In this document: piece by piece, positions 39,340 to 49,818 of the stretch
Numbering within the stretch: position 1 is the first letter of the stretch
Layout: each line of letters begins with the position of its first letter
Assembly: GCA_963836755.1 (NCBI GenBank)
Contig: CAWIKF010000002.1
Span: 800,001 to 864,000, forward strand
Origin: an uncultured Verrucomicrobiae bacterium
GTDB lineage: Bacteria > Verrucomicrobiota > Verrucomicrobiia > Chthoniobacterales > Chthoniobacteraceae
Direction of reading: 5' to 3'
DNA length: 64,000 nucleotides
The notes under the pieces: model-generated
The model's input: the letters and a program-made list of their open reading frames with translations, nothing else
Told to the model about the DNA's origin: nothing
The model's database searches: none
Program-made: the position numbers and the translations under genes

Positions 39340-40788
39340 TCAAACCGCTGGCCGTTGCTTGTGCCAGTCCGTGCTTTGCTCGTAAGCGTGCGCGATTTTC
39401 AGCAAGTTCGCCTCATCGAACGGCTTGCCGAGCAACTGTAAACCGATCGGCAATTTCCGCCCGTCGATGCTCGCGAAGCCGCATGGAATCGAGATCCCGC
39501 AGATGCCGGCGAGATTTGCCGCGATGGTAAAAATGTCCGCGAGATACATTTTCAGCGGATCGTCGCTCCGCTCGCCAATTTTGAACGCAGGCTCCGGCGA
39601 CGTCGGACAAACGATGGCGTCAACGTTTTCAAACGCGCGCGAGAAATCGTCGCGGATCAAAGTTCGGACTTTTTGCGCGCGCAAATAATACGCGTCGTAA
39701 TAGCCGCTGCTCAAAACGTAGGTGCCGAGAATAATCCGCCGTTTCACTTCCGGCCCGAAGCCCTCCTCGCGCGTGCGCCCATAATGATCCAGCAGATTTT
39801 TCACATCGTCCGCGCGGTGGCCGTAGCGCACACCGTCAAACCGCGCGAGATTTGCCGACGCTTCGGCTGTTGCGACAATGTAATACACACCGACGGCATG
39901 CTCGGTGTGCGGCAGCGACACCGCGACGATTTCCGCGCCTAGCGATTCGTAATGTTTGATGGCTGCGCGCACCGCCTGATCGACCTGCGGCTCGATGCCA
40001 TCGATGAAATATTCCTTCGGCATTCCGATGCGAACGCCGCGCAAATCTTCGCCCAATTTCGCGGCGTAATCAGGAACTTTTTCGTCCAAGCTCGTCGAAT
40101 CCTGCGGGTCGCGTCCCGAGATTGCATTCAGCAGCAATGCTGAATCGCGCACAGTTTTTGTGAATGGTCCAATCTGGTCGAGCGAAGAAGCAAATGCGAC
40201 CAGGCCGAAACGCGAGACGCGGCCGTAGCTAGGTTTCAAGCCAACGCAGCCGCACAATGCGGCAGGCTGGCGAATCGAGCCGCCAGTGTCCGAGCCGAGC
40301 GCGGCGAATGCTTCATTCGCGGCGACGACGGCCGCGGAGCCGCCGCTGGAACCGCCGGGAATTCGCGACGGGTCCCACGGATTTAACGTAAATTTTACAC
40401 TCGAATTTTCGGTGGAGGAGCCCATCGCGAACTCATCCATGTTCGTGCGCCCAAATGGAATCGCGCCAGCCGCTTTCAGTTTCGCGATGACAGTCGCGTC
40501 ATACGGCGCGATGTAGCCTCGCAAAAGTTTTGATGCGCACGTGCACGGCTCCCCGCAAACGTTGATGACATCTTTGATCGCAATCGGCACGCCGCCGAGC
40601 GGCAGCGTCACGTCGGCAGCTTCCGCCATTTTTTTAGCGGCTTCAAAATCCCGCGACAGATAGCCGTGAACGCACTCATCGGCGACGGCGATGCGCTGTT
40701 CCAGCGCTTGCAGCACTTCGACGGGGGAGACATTTTTTGCGCGCAACTCTTGTTGCAACGCGGCGACGGAAAGCGCGGCCAGCTCCAT
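39340..40788 (-). CDS. gatA: Asp/Glu-tRNA amidotransferase subunit A
   Basis: IAIKD, NMDEFAMGSSTE, PGGSSGGSA, GSDTGGSIRQPA, EVKRRIILGTYVLSSGYYDAYY. Confidence 0.96.
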   Translation of the reverse strand: MELAALSVAALQQELRAKNVSPVEVLQALEQRIAVADECVHGYLSRDFEAAKKMAEAADVTLPLGGVPIAIKDVINVCGEPCTCASKLLRGYIAPYDATVIAKLKAAGAIPFGRTNMDEFAMGSSTENSSVKFTLNPWDPSRIPGGSSGGSAAVVAANEAFAALGSDTGGSIRQPAALCGCVGLKPSYGRVSRFGLVAFASSLDQIGPFTKTVRDSALLLNAISGRDPQDSTSLDEKVPDYAAKLGEDLRGVRIGMPKEYFIDGIEPQVDQAVRAAIKHYESLGAEIVAVSLPHTEHAVGVYYIVATAEASANLARFDGVRYGHRADDVKNLLDHYGRTREEGFGPEVKRRIILGTYVLSSGYYDAYYLRAQKVRTLIRDDFSRAFENVDAIVCPTSPEPAFKIGERSDDPLKMYLADIFTIAANLAGICGISIPCGFASIDGRKLPIGLQLLGKPFDEANLLKIAHAYEQSTDWHKQRPAV

Positions 40789-41073
40789 CACTCCACGACT
40801 TTTGTCACGATGAAAAGGCCGTTTGCCTGTCGCGGAGCATTGCGCAGAGCCGTTTCCGCGTCGAATCCCTCGGCGCGAAACATCCTTGCGGAAAATGTTG
40901 AAAGTCGGATACGCGTGCGCGGTCGGCTCGACTCCGGTCACGTCCACGGACCTGAGTTTTTCCACGTAAGCGAGCACCTGCGAAAGCTGTGCTTGGAAAC
41001 GCACGATCTCTTCCTCGCTCAAATTCAAGCGCGCCAACTGCGCCGTATATCGGACATCAAAGTCGTCGGTCAT
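40788..41073 (-). CDS. gatC: Amidotransferase subunit C, frameshifted (probable sequencing indel)
   Basis: DVRYTAQLARL...VEPTAH; the C-terminus ALRNAPRQANGLFIVTKVVE is in another frame; the span is 286 nt. Confidence 0.85.
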
Positions 41074-41106
41074 GACGGATTTTTTTTCTTAGAAACTGCG
41101 CAGTCT

Positions 41107-41484
41107 TTACCAGTGCCAGACGCTGTAAAGCCAGAGCAGCAAAAGCAGCAGACCGACGAGCAGTCCGCAAAAAGTGATGCGCGCCTGGCGCTGTTCCATT
41201 TTCAGCGGACGCCGGCGCCGAGGTGCGACAGCTCCCGCGAAGGAAACATCGAAGCGCTTGTCGAGCAGCCGCGGCTCGTCCACGCGGCGCGGCGTTTTCA
41301 CCGAGCGCGTGAGCAATTCCTCGCGTCGTCTTTTTTCCTGCTGCTCCTTGATTTTCGGCGCGTCGTCGATCCGGCGTTGCGCGACCTCGCGTTGCTTGCG
41401 GATTTTTTCCTCGGCCTCGTGAAGCGCGCGCCGCCGCGCATCGAGCGGGCTGGACGATCTCGAGGAACGTTTGGATGCGGCCAT
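41107..41484 (-). CDS. Hypothetical protein with C-terminal TM helix
   Basis: 125 aa, co-oriented; its start overlaps the upstream stop. Confidence 0.65.
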   Translation of the reverse strand: MAASKRSSRSSSPLDARRRALHEAEEKIRKQREVAQRRIDDAPKIKEQQEKRRREELLTRSVKTPRRVDEPRLLDKRFDVSFAGAVAPRRRRPLKMEQRQARITFCGLLVGLLLLLLWLYSVWHW

Positions 41485-42101
41485 TATTTACCAAAAATAA
41501 AGAACAGCGTGATCAGCAAAATAATTCCGAAAGCGATCAGCGGAAGCGTGAAGGCAAATCCGTTTCTCAGCCAGACCGCGAAATCCTCCGGCGGCTTTGC
41601 ATAAAGGCCGGCGTAAGGATCGGCGCTGACCGGCGCCAGCACTTCCTCGCTCGTCTCGGCGTTGATGACGGCGCGCGAGCGGGCGTATTCCGTGCGCGCG
41701 TCATCCACGGCGCTCAACGCTTTGTTTAACTCTTTGTTAATGTCAAGATTCTCCCACGATTTCGGGTTGATCGCCTCGAGCACATCGAGGTGTTGCACAA
41801 ATGCTTTTTGAATGACCTTCAACTGCTCCACGCGTTTTTGCGCATCGTAAGCTTCGCGCTCGAGCACGACGAGCGCGCGCGTGAATTGCTCGACCATTTC
41901 GCTGCGGCCCTGCTGCAGAGCCTCCTGGCGACGACTCAGCTCCTCGAGCTCGCGCTTTTGTTTCTCGATGACTTCCTGCTCGCGCTTGAGACGCAGCAAC
42001 TGCTCCTGCGCCTTCTGCACCTGCTCGTCCAGGTGCTCCGTCCCGTCGTCCTCGGGCAATTCCAAAAATGTTTCGTCTGCAGGTTTGTTGCGTTCAGCCA
42101 T
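41484..42101 (-). CDS. Coiled-coil protein with C-terminal membrane anchor
   Basis: E/Q-rich heptads, then GFAFTLPLIAFGIILL. Confidence 0.75.
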   Translation of the reverse strand: MAERNKPADETFLELPEDDGTEHLDEQVQKAQEQLLRLKREQEVIEKQKRELEELSRRQEALQQGRSEMVEQFTRALVVLEREAYDAQKRVEQLKVIQKAFVQHLDVLEAINPKSWENLDINKELNKALSAVDDARTEYARSRAVINAETSEEVLAPVSADPYAGLYAKPPEDFAVWLRNGFAFTLPLIAFGIILLITLFFIFGK

Positions 42102-42140
42102 GTCGCGGGCGCGGTTTTCGCGCACTGTAATTACCGGTGT

Positions 42141-43871
42141 TCAAAACTCCAGATTTTTCACGCAGCGCATCGCCAAAAGCATCGGAACCGTCGCAACGCA
42201 AGCGCTGATCAGCGCTGCGAGCCCGAGCGCAAGCGCGTTCGGCAGGAAAAATGTGATCGGCATCACGCGCCGCAATCCAGGAATCGCCAGGAGCGCGACA
42301 AAAAATGAGATGTAAATAAAGCTGATGATGAGGCAGAGCGTGCCGCCATAACCTGAGACGATTTTTGACGGATTTTCTTCCTTCAGGTTCGGAAAGAGCG
42401 CGCCGAGTCCGACCGCCAGTCCGCACAGCGTCAGGCTCATCGTCGCAATCGCGCCCGCAAAAAATAAAACGCCGCTCCACGGCAAATGCAGCATCAGACT
42501 CGACGAAATCATCAGCGACACGGTCACGCTCATCGATGCCACGCAGCTGAGTCCGAACTTTTGCAGTAGCACTTTGCGCAGTCCAATCGGTGCGAGGCCG
42601 ATGATCCAGAGCCTGCGCCCTTCCAGCGAGAACTGCGGAAAAACGAATCGCGTGGTCAACGTCGAAAGCGTCAGCGATGACGCGGCAAGGTTGAGATACG
42701 AGATCACCGTCGCCCAAAAATCGTTTTGAAAATCGAATGCGACATTGCGCAGGTTCAGCACGTAAATGCACAGCAAGCCGAAAAAAATCATGAACTGCGT
42801 CCATTGCGCCGGGTCGCGCCAAAAAAGACGCACATCTTTCAGCGCGAGACTTTTTACCGGACGCGAAAAAAATGGGATCCAGCGCATCGCGATCTCGCCC
42901 CGCGATGCGTAGCGAATTTTTTCCTGCTGCCGCAACATTTTCCGCTGGTCCCGCTCGGCGCGCGAGCTGAGCACCGCGCTCCAGCTTTCATAAAAAACGC
43001 GGCCGACAACTTCAAAACCGACAACAAGCCCCATCAGCGCGTTGCTCAGCGACAGCAAAAAATAAAACGCGCCCTGCCGCGAAAAGCCTTCGCTCCACGA
43101 CAAAACCGACCGCGCAAGCCACGCGCTCGGAAGCAGCGGATGCATGCTGATGCGCGTGTGCCGCAGCAGCGTGTCAAAAGAAAGCACGTCCTGCGCATGC
43201 GCGGCCTCGGTGTCGCTGACCGGCTTGATCGTGAAAACGAAATAAACGACCGCCGCACCTGCGAGTGCGATCAGCAATTTCTTCACCCAGCCGCGCGCGC
43301 GCAAATGCACGAGCAACACGATTCCCCATGAGCCGGCGAGGGCGGGAATGATGATGAATGGGAGAAATGCCGCGAGCACCTCGATGTAAAACATTGACGG
43401 CACATCGTTCACCCTTCCGTAAGCAACCATCAGCGGCGCGCAAAGAAAGATGAACGCCCAGCTCGAGACGACAAGCGACTCCGAAAATTTCCATCGATAC
43501 ACGTCGCGCTGCGCGATCGGCAGGGTCAGCAGCCAGTTTGTCTCGCGGTTTTTGAAAAGACTCGCGTAGCCGATAATCGCATTGGAAAAGATCAGCATCA
43601 CAAACAGAAATCCGAAAATCAGGAACAGCACGCGCTGCGAAATCAGCGTCCCGATCAACGGAAATTTGTGCAGGTAATCGAGCCCCCACGCGAACAGCCA
43701 ATACGCCGCCATCAAGTAACCGACGACCGATGCGCCCAGCACGAACAGCAGCAGCCGCGATTGCTGCTGGATGCCGCGGACGCGTGCAACCAGCGTCCGC
43801 CAATGCACCCAAAGCAACAGGCGAAACAGCCGCAGTGAAGGAAGTCGCGGGGAAAAACTAACGCTCATCAA
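42141..43871 (-). CDS. Putative ABC transporter permease subunit
   Basis: Multiple TM segments; LLTLPI, KDVRLFWRDPAQW, RFVFPQFSLEG. Confidence 0.8.
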   Translation of the reverse strand: MMSVSFSPRLPSLRLFRLLLWVHWRTLVARVRGIQQQSRLLLFVLGASVVGYLMAAYWLFAWGLDYLHKFPLIGTLISQRVLFLIFGFLFVMLIFSNAIIGYASLFKNRETNWLLTLPIAQRDVYRWKFSESLVVSSWAFIFLCAPLMVAYGRVNDVPSMFYIEVLAAFLPFIIIPALAGSWGIVLLVHLRARGWVKKLLIALAGAAVVYFVFTIKPVSDTEAAHAQDVLSFDTLLRHTRISMHPLLPSAWLARSVLSWSEGFSRQGAFYFLLSLSNALMGLVVGFEVVGRVFYESWSAVLSSRAERDQRKMLRQQEKIRYASRGEIAMRWIPFFSRPVKSLALKDVRLFWRDPAQWTQFMIFFGLLCIYVLNLRNVAFDFQNDFWATVISYLNLAASSLTLSTLTTRFVFPQFSLEGRRLWIIGLAPIGLRKVLLQKFGLSCVASMSVTVSLMISSSLMLHLPWSGVLFFAGAIATMSLTLCGLAVGLGALFPNLKEENPSKIVSGYGGTLCLIISFIYISFFVALLAIPGLRRVMPITFFLPNALALGLAALISACVATVPMLLAMRCVKNLEF

Positions 43872-44880
43872 AGTTTCGTTCGGCTCTACAAATTTCCTCG
43901 ATCAAACTCGGCCCGCGATAAATGAAACCGGTATAAATTTGCACCAGCGATGCGCCCGCCGCGAATTTTTCACGCGCGCTTTCCACATCCATCACGCCGC
44001 CCGACGCAATGATCGGCAGGGAACTTTTGGACGAAATAAACCGGACGATTTCCGTGGCGCGTTTTCGCAGCGGCGCACCGCTCAAGCCGCCCGCTTCATC
44101 GCGCGCCGGGATGCTCGAATGATCGAGCGTCGTGTTTGTCGCGACGATTCCTGCGAGACCATGAGCGGTCGCGCGCTCGAGAATCTCATCGATCTGCGCA
44201 AAATCCAAATCGGGCGCGATCTTGATGAGCAAAGGCTTCGCGAGCTTTTGCGCGCGATTTTGCGCCTGCACTGCACCGAGCAATTCATCGAGCGCGGTTT
44301 TGTTTTGCAGCTCCCGCAACCCCGGCGTATTCGGCGAGCTGACGTTCAAAACAAAATAATCTCCAAACGGATAAAGCGCGGAGAAAGAAGCGAGATAATC
44401 CGCCGTGGCCTCACCCAAAGGCGTGACTTTTGATTTCCCAATGTTCAGTCCGACGGGAATTTTCGGCCATTGGTTCGCCTCGCGGAGATTGCGAAGCCGT
44501 GCGGCAACGACCTCCGCGCCGTCATTGTTGAAACCCATTCGATTGACGAGCGCGCGCTGGTCAGTGAACCGAAAAACACGCGGCTTCGGATTTCCCGGCT
44601 GCGCGTGTGCGGTGATTGTGCCGGCCTCGACGAATCCGAAACCGAGCGCGGCCCACGCTGAAAGCGACATCGCATTTTTGTCGAAACCGGCTGCGAGTCC
44701 GACTGGATTTGGAAAGTGAATGCCGAAAACTTCACGCGGCAATTTTGGATTTGATCCAATTGTTCGAAGCAGCCGTTGCGGGAAGTTTTTCAACGCGGTC
44801 ATCGCGAGGTGATGCGCAGTTTCCGCATCAAATCGAAACAGCAATGGGCGCAAAATCTTCTCGTAAAAAAAAGAGTTCAT
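43858..44880 (-). CDS. pyrD: Quinone-dependent dihydroorotate dehydrogenase
   Basis: NPVGLAAGFDKN, NRMGFNN, NVSSPNTPGLR, KIAPDL, GGLSGAPL. Confidence 0.96.
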   Translation of the reverse strand: MNSFFYEKILRPLLFRFDAETAHHLAMTALKNFPQRLLRTIGSNPKLPREVFGIHFPNPVGLAAGFDKNAMSLSAWAALGFGFVEAGTITAHAQPGNPKPRVFRFTDQRALVNRMGFNNDGAEVVAARLRNLREANQWPKIPVGLNIGKSKVTPLGEATADYLASFSALYPFGDYFVLNVSSPNTPGLRELQNKTALDELLGAVQAQNRAQKLAKPLLIKIAPDLDFAQIDEILERATAHGLAGIVATNTTLDHSSIPARDEAGGLSGAPLRKRATEIVRFISSKSSLPIIASGGVMDVESAREKFAAGASLVQIYTGFIYRGPSLIEEICRAERNFDER

Positions 44881-44895
44881 CGCGTGCTCAATCCT

Positions 44896-46230
44896 TCATT
44901 TGCCGATGCAAAAAGTGCTGAAAATTTCTCCGAGCAATTCCTCCGTGTCGGCCTTGCCTACGATCGCTCCGATCTCGTCCAAGGCCGTGCGAAGCTCGAT
45001 GGAAACAAACTCCGGCGAAACTCCATTGCTGATTCCCAATCGCGCGGCCTCCGCAAACTGTGCCGCTTTTTTTAAACAGGCATGATGCCGCGCATTGATT
45101 GCGATCGATGAGTTTTCAAGGTTCACGCTGCCGCCGGTGATGCGCTGAAAAATCGCATCCGCCAGATTTTCGATCCCGATTTTTTCGCTGCAGGAAATGC
45201 GAACGGCTGTGGTGCCGCGCCAACTTTCGTCTTCGCCCAAATCAGCTTTATTCAGGATCAAAATTTCGCGCGGCGACGGGTCAGGAATCTCTGCCGGACG
45301 CGGATCGGTCGCGTCCATCAAATGTAAAATAAGGTCCGCCCGCTCCACGTTTTTTAGCGTTCGTGCGATTCCTTGTTCTTCGATCGCGTCGGCCGATGCG
45401 CGCACGCCGGCGGTGTCGATGAGCCGCAGCGGAATTCCGCGCAGATTGATCGCTTCCTCGATCGTGTCGCGCGTGGTGCCGGGCCATTCGCTGACGATGG
45501 CGCGCTCGTAGCCGAGCAGCAAATTGAGCAAGCTCGACTTGCCGACATTTGGCGCGCCGTAAATGACCGTGCGCACGCCTTCGCGCAGGATTCGTCCATG
45601 ATCGGCGGTGCGCAAAAGCGCGTCGATGTTGTCGGTCGCTCTTTCCAAGTTTTGCAACAAAGTTTCACCAGTGTCTGGATCAATTTCTTCGTCTGGAAAA
45701 TCAATGTAGGCTTCCACGTGCGCCAGCACCGCGAGCAGTTCTGCGCGAATCTCGGTAACTCTCGCGCCGAGCTGGCCTTCGAGCTGTTCCGCAGCCGCTC
45801 GCAGCGCGAGCTCCGTCTGCGCTTTGATCAAATCCATGACCGCCTCGGCTTGCGTGAGATCCATTTTGCCGTTCAGAAAAGCGCGTTGCGTGAATTCCCC
45901 CGGTTCGGCCATGCGTGCCCCGTGCTCGAGCAGGAGCTGCAAAATGCAGCGTGTGACGAGGATGCCGCCATGGCAGGTGATCTCGACGACGTCTTCGCCG
46001 GTGTAGCTGGCTGGCGCACGCTGAACGGTCAGCACGACTTGGTCGATGGTCTTTTCGGCCGTGAATACTTTGCCGAGCTGCTGGCTGCGCGGCGGCATCT
46101 CAGCGACTTTTTTTGCGCCGCGGAAAATGTGGTCGGCAACTTTTAACGCGTGCTCTCCGCTGAGCCGCAGCATGGAAATCGCGCCTTCGCCAAAGGGCGT
46201 GGCAATCGCGGCGATTGTTTCCTCAGCCAC
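44896..46230 (-). CDS. mnmE: tRNA modification GTPase
   Basis: TIAAIATP, GEFTQRAFLNGKMDL, GAPNVGKSS, DTAG, FCIGK. Confidence 0.96.
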   Translation of the reverse strand: MAEETIAAIATPFGEGAISMLRLSGEHALKVADHIFRGAKKVAEMPPRSQQLGKVFTAEKTIDQVVLTVQRAPASYTGEDVVEITCHGGILVTRCILQLLLEHGARMAEPGEFTQRAFLNGKMDLTQAEAVMDLIKAQTELALRAAAEQLEGQLGARVTEIRAELLAVLAHVEAYIDFPDEEIDPDTGETLLQNLERATDNIDALLRTADHGRILREGVRTVIYGAPNVGKSSLLNLLLGYERAIVSEWPGTTRDTIEEAINLRGIPLRLIDTAGVRASADAIEEQGIARTLKNVERADLILHLMDATDPRPAEIPDPSPREILILNKADLGEDESWRGTTAVRISCSEKIGIENLADAIFQRITGGSVNLENSSIAINARHHACLKKAAQFAEAARLGISNGVSPEFVSIELRTALDEIGAIVGKADTEELLGEIFSTFCIGK

Positions 46231-46263
46231 GGAGCAAAGCTGGGTTGCGCGCGGTCCCGCAAC

Positions 46264-47376
46264 TCATGCGGCGAGCGAAATCGCCGACAGAACTTCGCGC
46301 AATTCCATGATGAATCGCCGGTTTTGTTCCATCGTCCCGACGGTGACTCGAATCCAATCGGCCAGACCATACGACGCCATCGCGCGGATAATGATTCCGC
46401 GCTGGAGCAGCGATTGAAAAACATTGACGCCATTGCCCACTTTCACGAGCACGAAATTCGCATGGCTCGGCACAAACTCGAGTCCAAGCGCAGCAAATTC
46501 CCGCTGAAGGTAATCGCGGCCCTCGAAGGTGAGTGCGCGCGTTTTGCGCTGATGCTCCTCGTCCAAAAGTCCCGCCATCGCACCGGCCTGCGCGATTCCG
46601 TTGACGTTAAACGGTTGTCGTGTTTTTTGCAGCACTTCGATGATTGCTTTGCTGCCGAGCCCGTAGCCGATGCGGAGACTGGCGAGCCCTTGGATTTTCG
46701 AAAAAGTGCGCAGCACGACAACGTTCTCGCGGCCTTCTCGAACGAATTTCAGCGTGTCCGGCGGCTCCTCCAGAAACTCGTAATAAGCTTCATCGAAAAC
46801 CACGACCACATGGTCCGGCACGCGGTCCATGAAACGGTCGATTTCCGCTTGTGTGACAAGTGTTCCCGTTGGATTGTTTGGATTCGTGATGAAAATTTCG
46901 CGCGTGTGCTCGGTGATGGCGTTGGCCATTCCCACGAGGTCGTGCCGGAAATCGGGGTCCGCCACTTCCGTCGTGTCCGCGTCAAAAAGTGTCGCCATCA
47001 AACGGTAAACCAAAAACGCGTGACGGGCCGTGATGACCTCGTCGCCCGGCCGCAGAAAAGCATGACCGATGAATTCGATGATCTCGTTCGAGCCGTTGCC
47101 GAGCATTACATTTTCTCGCGCCAGACCGACTTTTTCCGCGATGGCTTCGCGCAAGTAATAGCCGCCTCCATCGGGGTAAAAGTGCGCGCGTTCCAGCGCG
47201 TCGCGCATCGCCGCGATCGCCTTTGGCGAAGGCCCGAGCGGGTTTTCATTTGATGCAAGCTTGATGATTTCCGACGGCTGCAATCCGAGTTCGCGCGCAA
47301 CGTCTTCGATCGGCTTGCCCGGCTCGTAGGCGACCAGATCGCGCAGCTGACGATTCGCATTATTCCAAATGGACAT
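46264..47376 (-). CDS. hisC: Histidinol-phosphate aminotransferase
   Basis: YEPGKP, KLASNENP, NPNNPTG, DEAY, RTFSKIQGLASLRIGY. Confidence 0.94.
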   Translation of the reverse strand: MSIWNNANRQLRDLVAYEPGKPIEDVARELGLQPSEIIKLASNENPLGPSPKAIAAMRDALERAHFYPDGGGYYLREAIAEKVGLARENVMLGNGSNEIIEFIGHAFLRPGDEVITARHAFLVYRLMATLFDADTTEVADPDFRHDLVGMANAITEHTREIFITNPNNPTGTLVTQAEIDRFMDRVPDHVVVVFDEAYYEFLEEPPDTLKFVREGRENVVVLRTFSKIQGLASLRIGYGLGSKAIIEVLQKTRQPFNVNGIAQAGAMAGLLDEEHQRKTRALTFEGRDYLQREFAALGLEFVPSHANFVLVKVGNGVNVFQSLLQRGIIIRAMASYGLADWIRVTVGTMEQNRRFIMELREVLSAISLAA

Positions 47377-47464
47377 GGTCCGAAATCTACGCGCGCGCGG
47401 CGGGAAACGCGAGCGGGATGTCCCGCATTGACGGTCGCCGCGCGCTCCACGATTGTCGCCGCCT

Positions 47465-47905
47465 GTGCGCATCGCCGTAATTTCCGACAGCCACAATCGC
47501 ATTCCTCACGAGCTGCCGGCGCTGCTCGCGAAGGCTGATGAAATCTGGCATCTCGGCGATGTCTGTGCTCCGGAAATCATCGACGAGCTGCAGACAATCG
47601 GTCGGCCGCTGCACGTGGTGCGCGGCAATTGCGATCAATGTTCGGACTGGCCGTTCACGCTTGATTTCACGCGCGGAGGGTTGCGGATTCGGCTCGTGCA
47701 CATCCCGCCCCGGGAGGTGCCGGCGGAAACGGATTTAATTTTGCACGGTCACACGCACGTGCCGCGCAACGAGAAAATTGGCGCGGCAACATTTCTGAAT
47801 CCCGGTTGCCTCACGCGCCCGAATCGTGGCGCACCGCGCAGTTTTGCGTGGCTCACGATCGAGCCGGGGAAGCCGTTCGGCTGGGATTTGCGCGTCCTCG
47901 ATTGA
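47465..47905 (+). CDS. YfcE-like metallophosphoesterase
   Basis: ISDSH, HLGD, RGNCD, HGHTH, NPG. Confidence 0.9.
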   Translation: MRIAVISDSHNRIPHELPALLAKADEIWHLGDVCAPEIIDELQTIGRPLHVVRGNCDQCSDWPFTLDFTRGGLRIRLVHIPPREVPAETDLILHGHTHVPRNEKIGAATFLNPGCLTRPNRGAPRSFAWLTIEPGKPFGWDLRVLD

Positions 47906-47917
47906 CGAAAGAAAGTC

Positions 47918-48163
47918 TCAGCCAGCAGTGCGATCCTCGATGATCTCGAGCGTCGCGCGCTGATTGTGACGCGCGGCAGCGGCTTGCAAAAGATTGCGAA
48001 TCGCCGCGATCGTGTGACCGTGTTTGCCGATCACTTTTCCGACATCGGATTGCCGGAGACGCACGTGAAATATGATCCTTTTCGGATCCTCGTGCTTCGA
48101 AAGCACCATCTCATCGGGGTAATCGATGAGAAGCTGAATGATGAATTCCAGGAATTGCTGCAC
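47918..48163 (-). CDS. khpA: KH-domain RNA-binding protein
   Basis: DVGKVIGKHGHTIAAIR; follows rpsP. Confidence 0.85.
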   Translation of the reverse strand: MQQFLEFIIQLLIDYPDEMVLSKHEDPKRIIFHVRLRQSDVGKVIGKHGHTIAAIRNLLQAAAARHNQRATLEIIEDRTAG

Positions 48164-48211
48164 GGCGCGCGATGTTGGCGCGTGCGGCGCAATTCGTCAA
48201 TGCGCCTCGAG

Positions 48212-48472
48212 CTACGCGGTCGCCGCCGCAGCAGCTTTCTTCGCTTTTTTGATCAAGCTGCGCACCGTGTCCGAGGGTTGCGCGCCGCGCTCGACCCAAT
48301 ACTGCACTCGATCGAGATCAATGTTGGAATTGTCTCCCGCCTTTTTTGGATCGTAGTTGCCGACCTGCTCGATGAATTTGCCGTCGCGCGGGCTGCGCTG
48401 GTCTGCGACCACGACCTTGTAATACGGGTTGTTTAACGAACCTTCGCGACGGAGTCTGATTGATACTGCCAT
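48212..48472 (-). CDS. rpsP: 30S ribosomal protein S16
   Basis: [30 protein letters not shown]. Confidence 0.96.
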   Translation of the reverse strand: MAVSIRLRREGSLNNPYYKVVVADQRSPRDGKFIEQVGNYDPKKAGDNSNIDLDRVQYWVERGAQPSDTVRSLIKKAKKAAAAATA

Positions 48473-48474
48473 AA

Positions 48475-49815
48475 CTAAACTTTCGGTATTCCTGGAAATC
48501 CGGCGCCGCGGGGTTGCGCCATCATCATTTTTCTTAGTTTCCCCGCATTCTTCATCAGCTTCCTCATTTGATTGAAGCGCTGCAAAAGATCGTTCACTTC
48601 GGTGACGGAAGTTCCGCTGCCGCGGGCGATGCGCTGGCGCCGCCGGGCGTTTAAAACATCCGGCTTCTCGCGCTCGTGCAAAGTCATCGAAAGCACGATG
48701 GCCTCGACCCGCTTCAACTGTTTTTCGTCAACCGAAAAGCCCTTCATGTTACTCATTCCGGGCAGCATGCCAAGGATATTTTCCAGCGGGCCGAGTTTGC
48801 GCATCATTTTGAACTGCGCGAGGAAGTCGTTAAAATCGAAAGTCGCGGTGCGTAATTTCTTTTCCATCCGCGCCGCTTCCTCCTCATCGATGGCTTCGGC
48901 GGCGCGCTCGACGAGCGAAACGACGTCGCCCATGCCGAGGATGCGGCCCGCGAGACGGTCGGGATAAAACGGCTCGAACTGATCGAGCTTTTCGCCGGTG
49001 CCGGCGAATTTGATCGGCCGCTGCGTGACCTCGCGCATCGAGAGCGCCGCGCCGCCGCGCGCGTCGCCGTCGAGTTTTGTCAAAACGAGTCCGGTGATTT
49101 GCAGCGCGTCGTTGAAATGCGTCGCGACGCTCACGGCCTGCTGGCCAGTCGCGGCGTCGGCGACGAGGAGCACTTCCTGCGGCTGTAAAAATTCCTTGAG
49201 CTGCTTGATTTCCTCGATCAACACCGCGTCGATTTCCTGGCGGCCGGCTGTGTCGAAAATCTGCACGTTGCCGTTTTGCGATTCCGCCCATTCGAGCGCT
49301 TGTTTAGCGCAGCGTTTAACGTCCGTTTCTCCCGGAGTTGGGATGAAAACCGGCACATTGATTTGCCGGCCGAGCGTGGCGAGCTGCTCGATGGCTGCCG
49401 GCCGGTGCAAATCGCAGGCGATGAGCAGCGGCGCGCGCCCTTGTTTTTTTAAAAGGTTCGCGAGCTTTGCTGACGAAGTGGTTTTGCCCGCGCCGTTGAG
49501 GCCGACCATCAGGATGCGCGCCGGCTTTTCGAGATTGATCGGCGATTGATCGCCGCCGAGCAGGCCTGTCAGCTCATCGTGAAAAATCTTAACGATCTGC
49601 TGGCCGGGCGTGACGCTGCGCAGCACGTCCTCGCCGAGCGCCTTGTCCTTGACGCGGGCGATGAAACTTTTCGCGACATTGAAATCAACGTCGGCCTCGA
49701 GCAGCGCCATGCGCACCTCGCGCATCGCGTCGCTGACGTTGGTCTCGCTGATCGTGCCGTGGCCGCGGAGATCCTTGAAAACGTCCTGCAGTTTATCCGC
49801 AAGCTGCGAAAACAT
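48475..49815 (-). CDS. ffh: Signal recognition particle protein
   Basis: [46 protein letters not shown]. Confidence 0.96.
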   Translation of the reverse strand: MFSQLADKLQDVFKDLRGHGTISETNVSDAMREVRMALLEADVDFNVAKSFIARVKDKALGEDVLRSVTPGQQIVKIFHDELTGLLGGDQSPINLEKPARILMVGLNGAGKTTSSAKLANLLKKQGRAPLLIACDLHRPAAIEQLATLGRQINVPVFIPTPGETDVKRCAKQALEWAESQNGNVQIFDTAGRQEIDAVLIEEIKQLKEFLQPQEVLLVADAATGQQAVSVATHFNDALQITGLVLTKLDGDARGGAALSMREVTQRPIKFAGTGEKLDQFEPFYPDRLAGRILGMGDVVSLVERAAEAIDEEEAARMEKKLRTATFDFNDFLAQFKMMRKLGPLENILGMLPGMSNMKGFSVDEKQLKRVEAIVLSMTLHEREKPDVLNARRRQRIARGSGTSVTEVNDLLQRFNQMRKLMKNAGKLRKMMMAQPRGAGFPGIPKV

Positions 49816-49818
49816 TGG

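Noticed and set aside
39340..41073. Apparent 577-aa GatC-GatA fusion
   Set aside because: The true GatC C-terminus and its TGA overlapping the gatA ATG are in another frame; a single indel explains it, most likely sequencing error.
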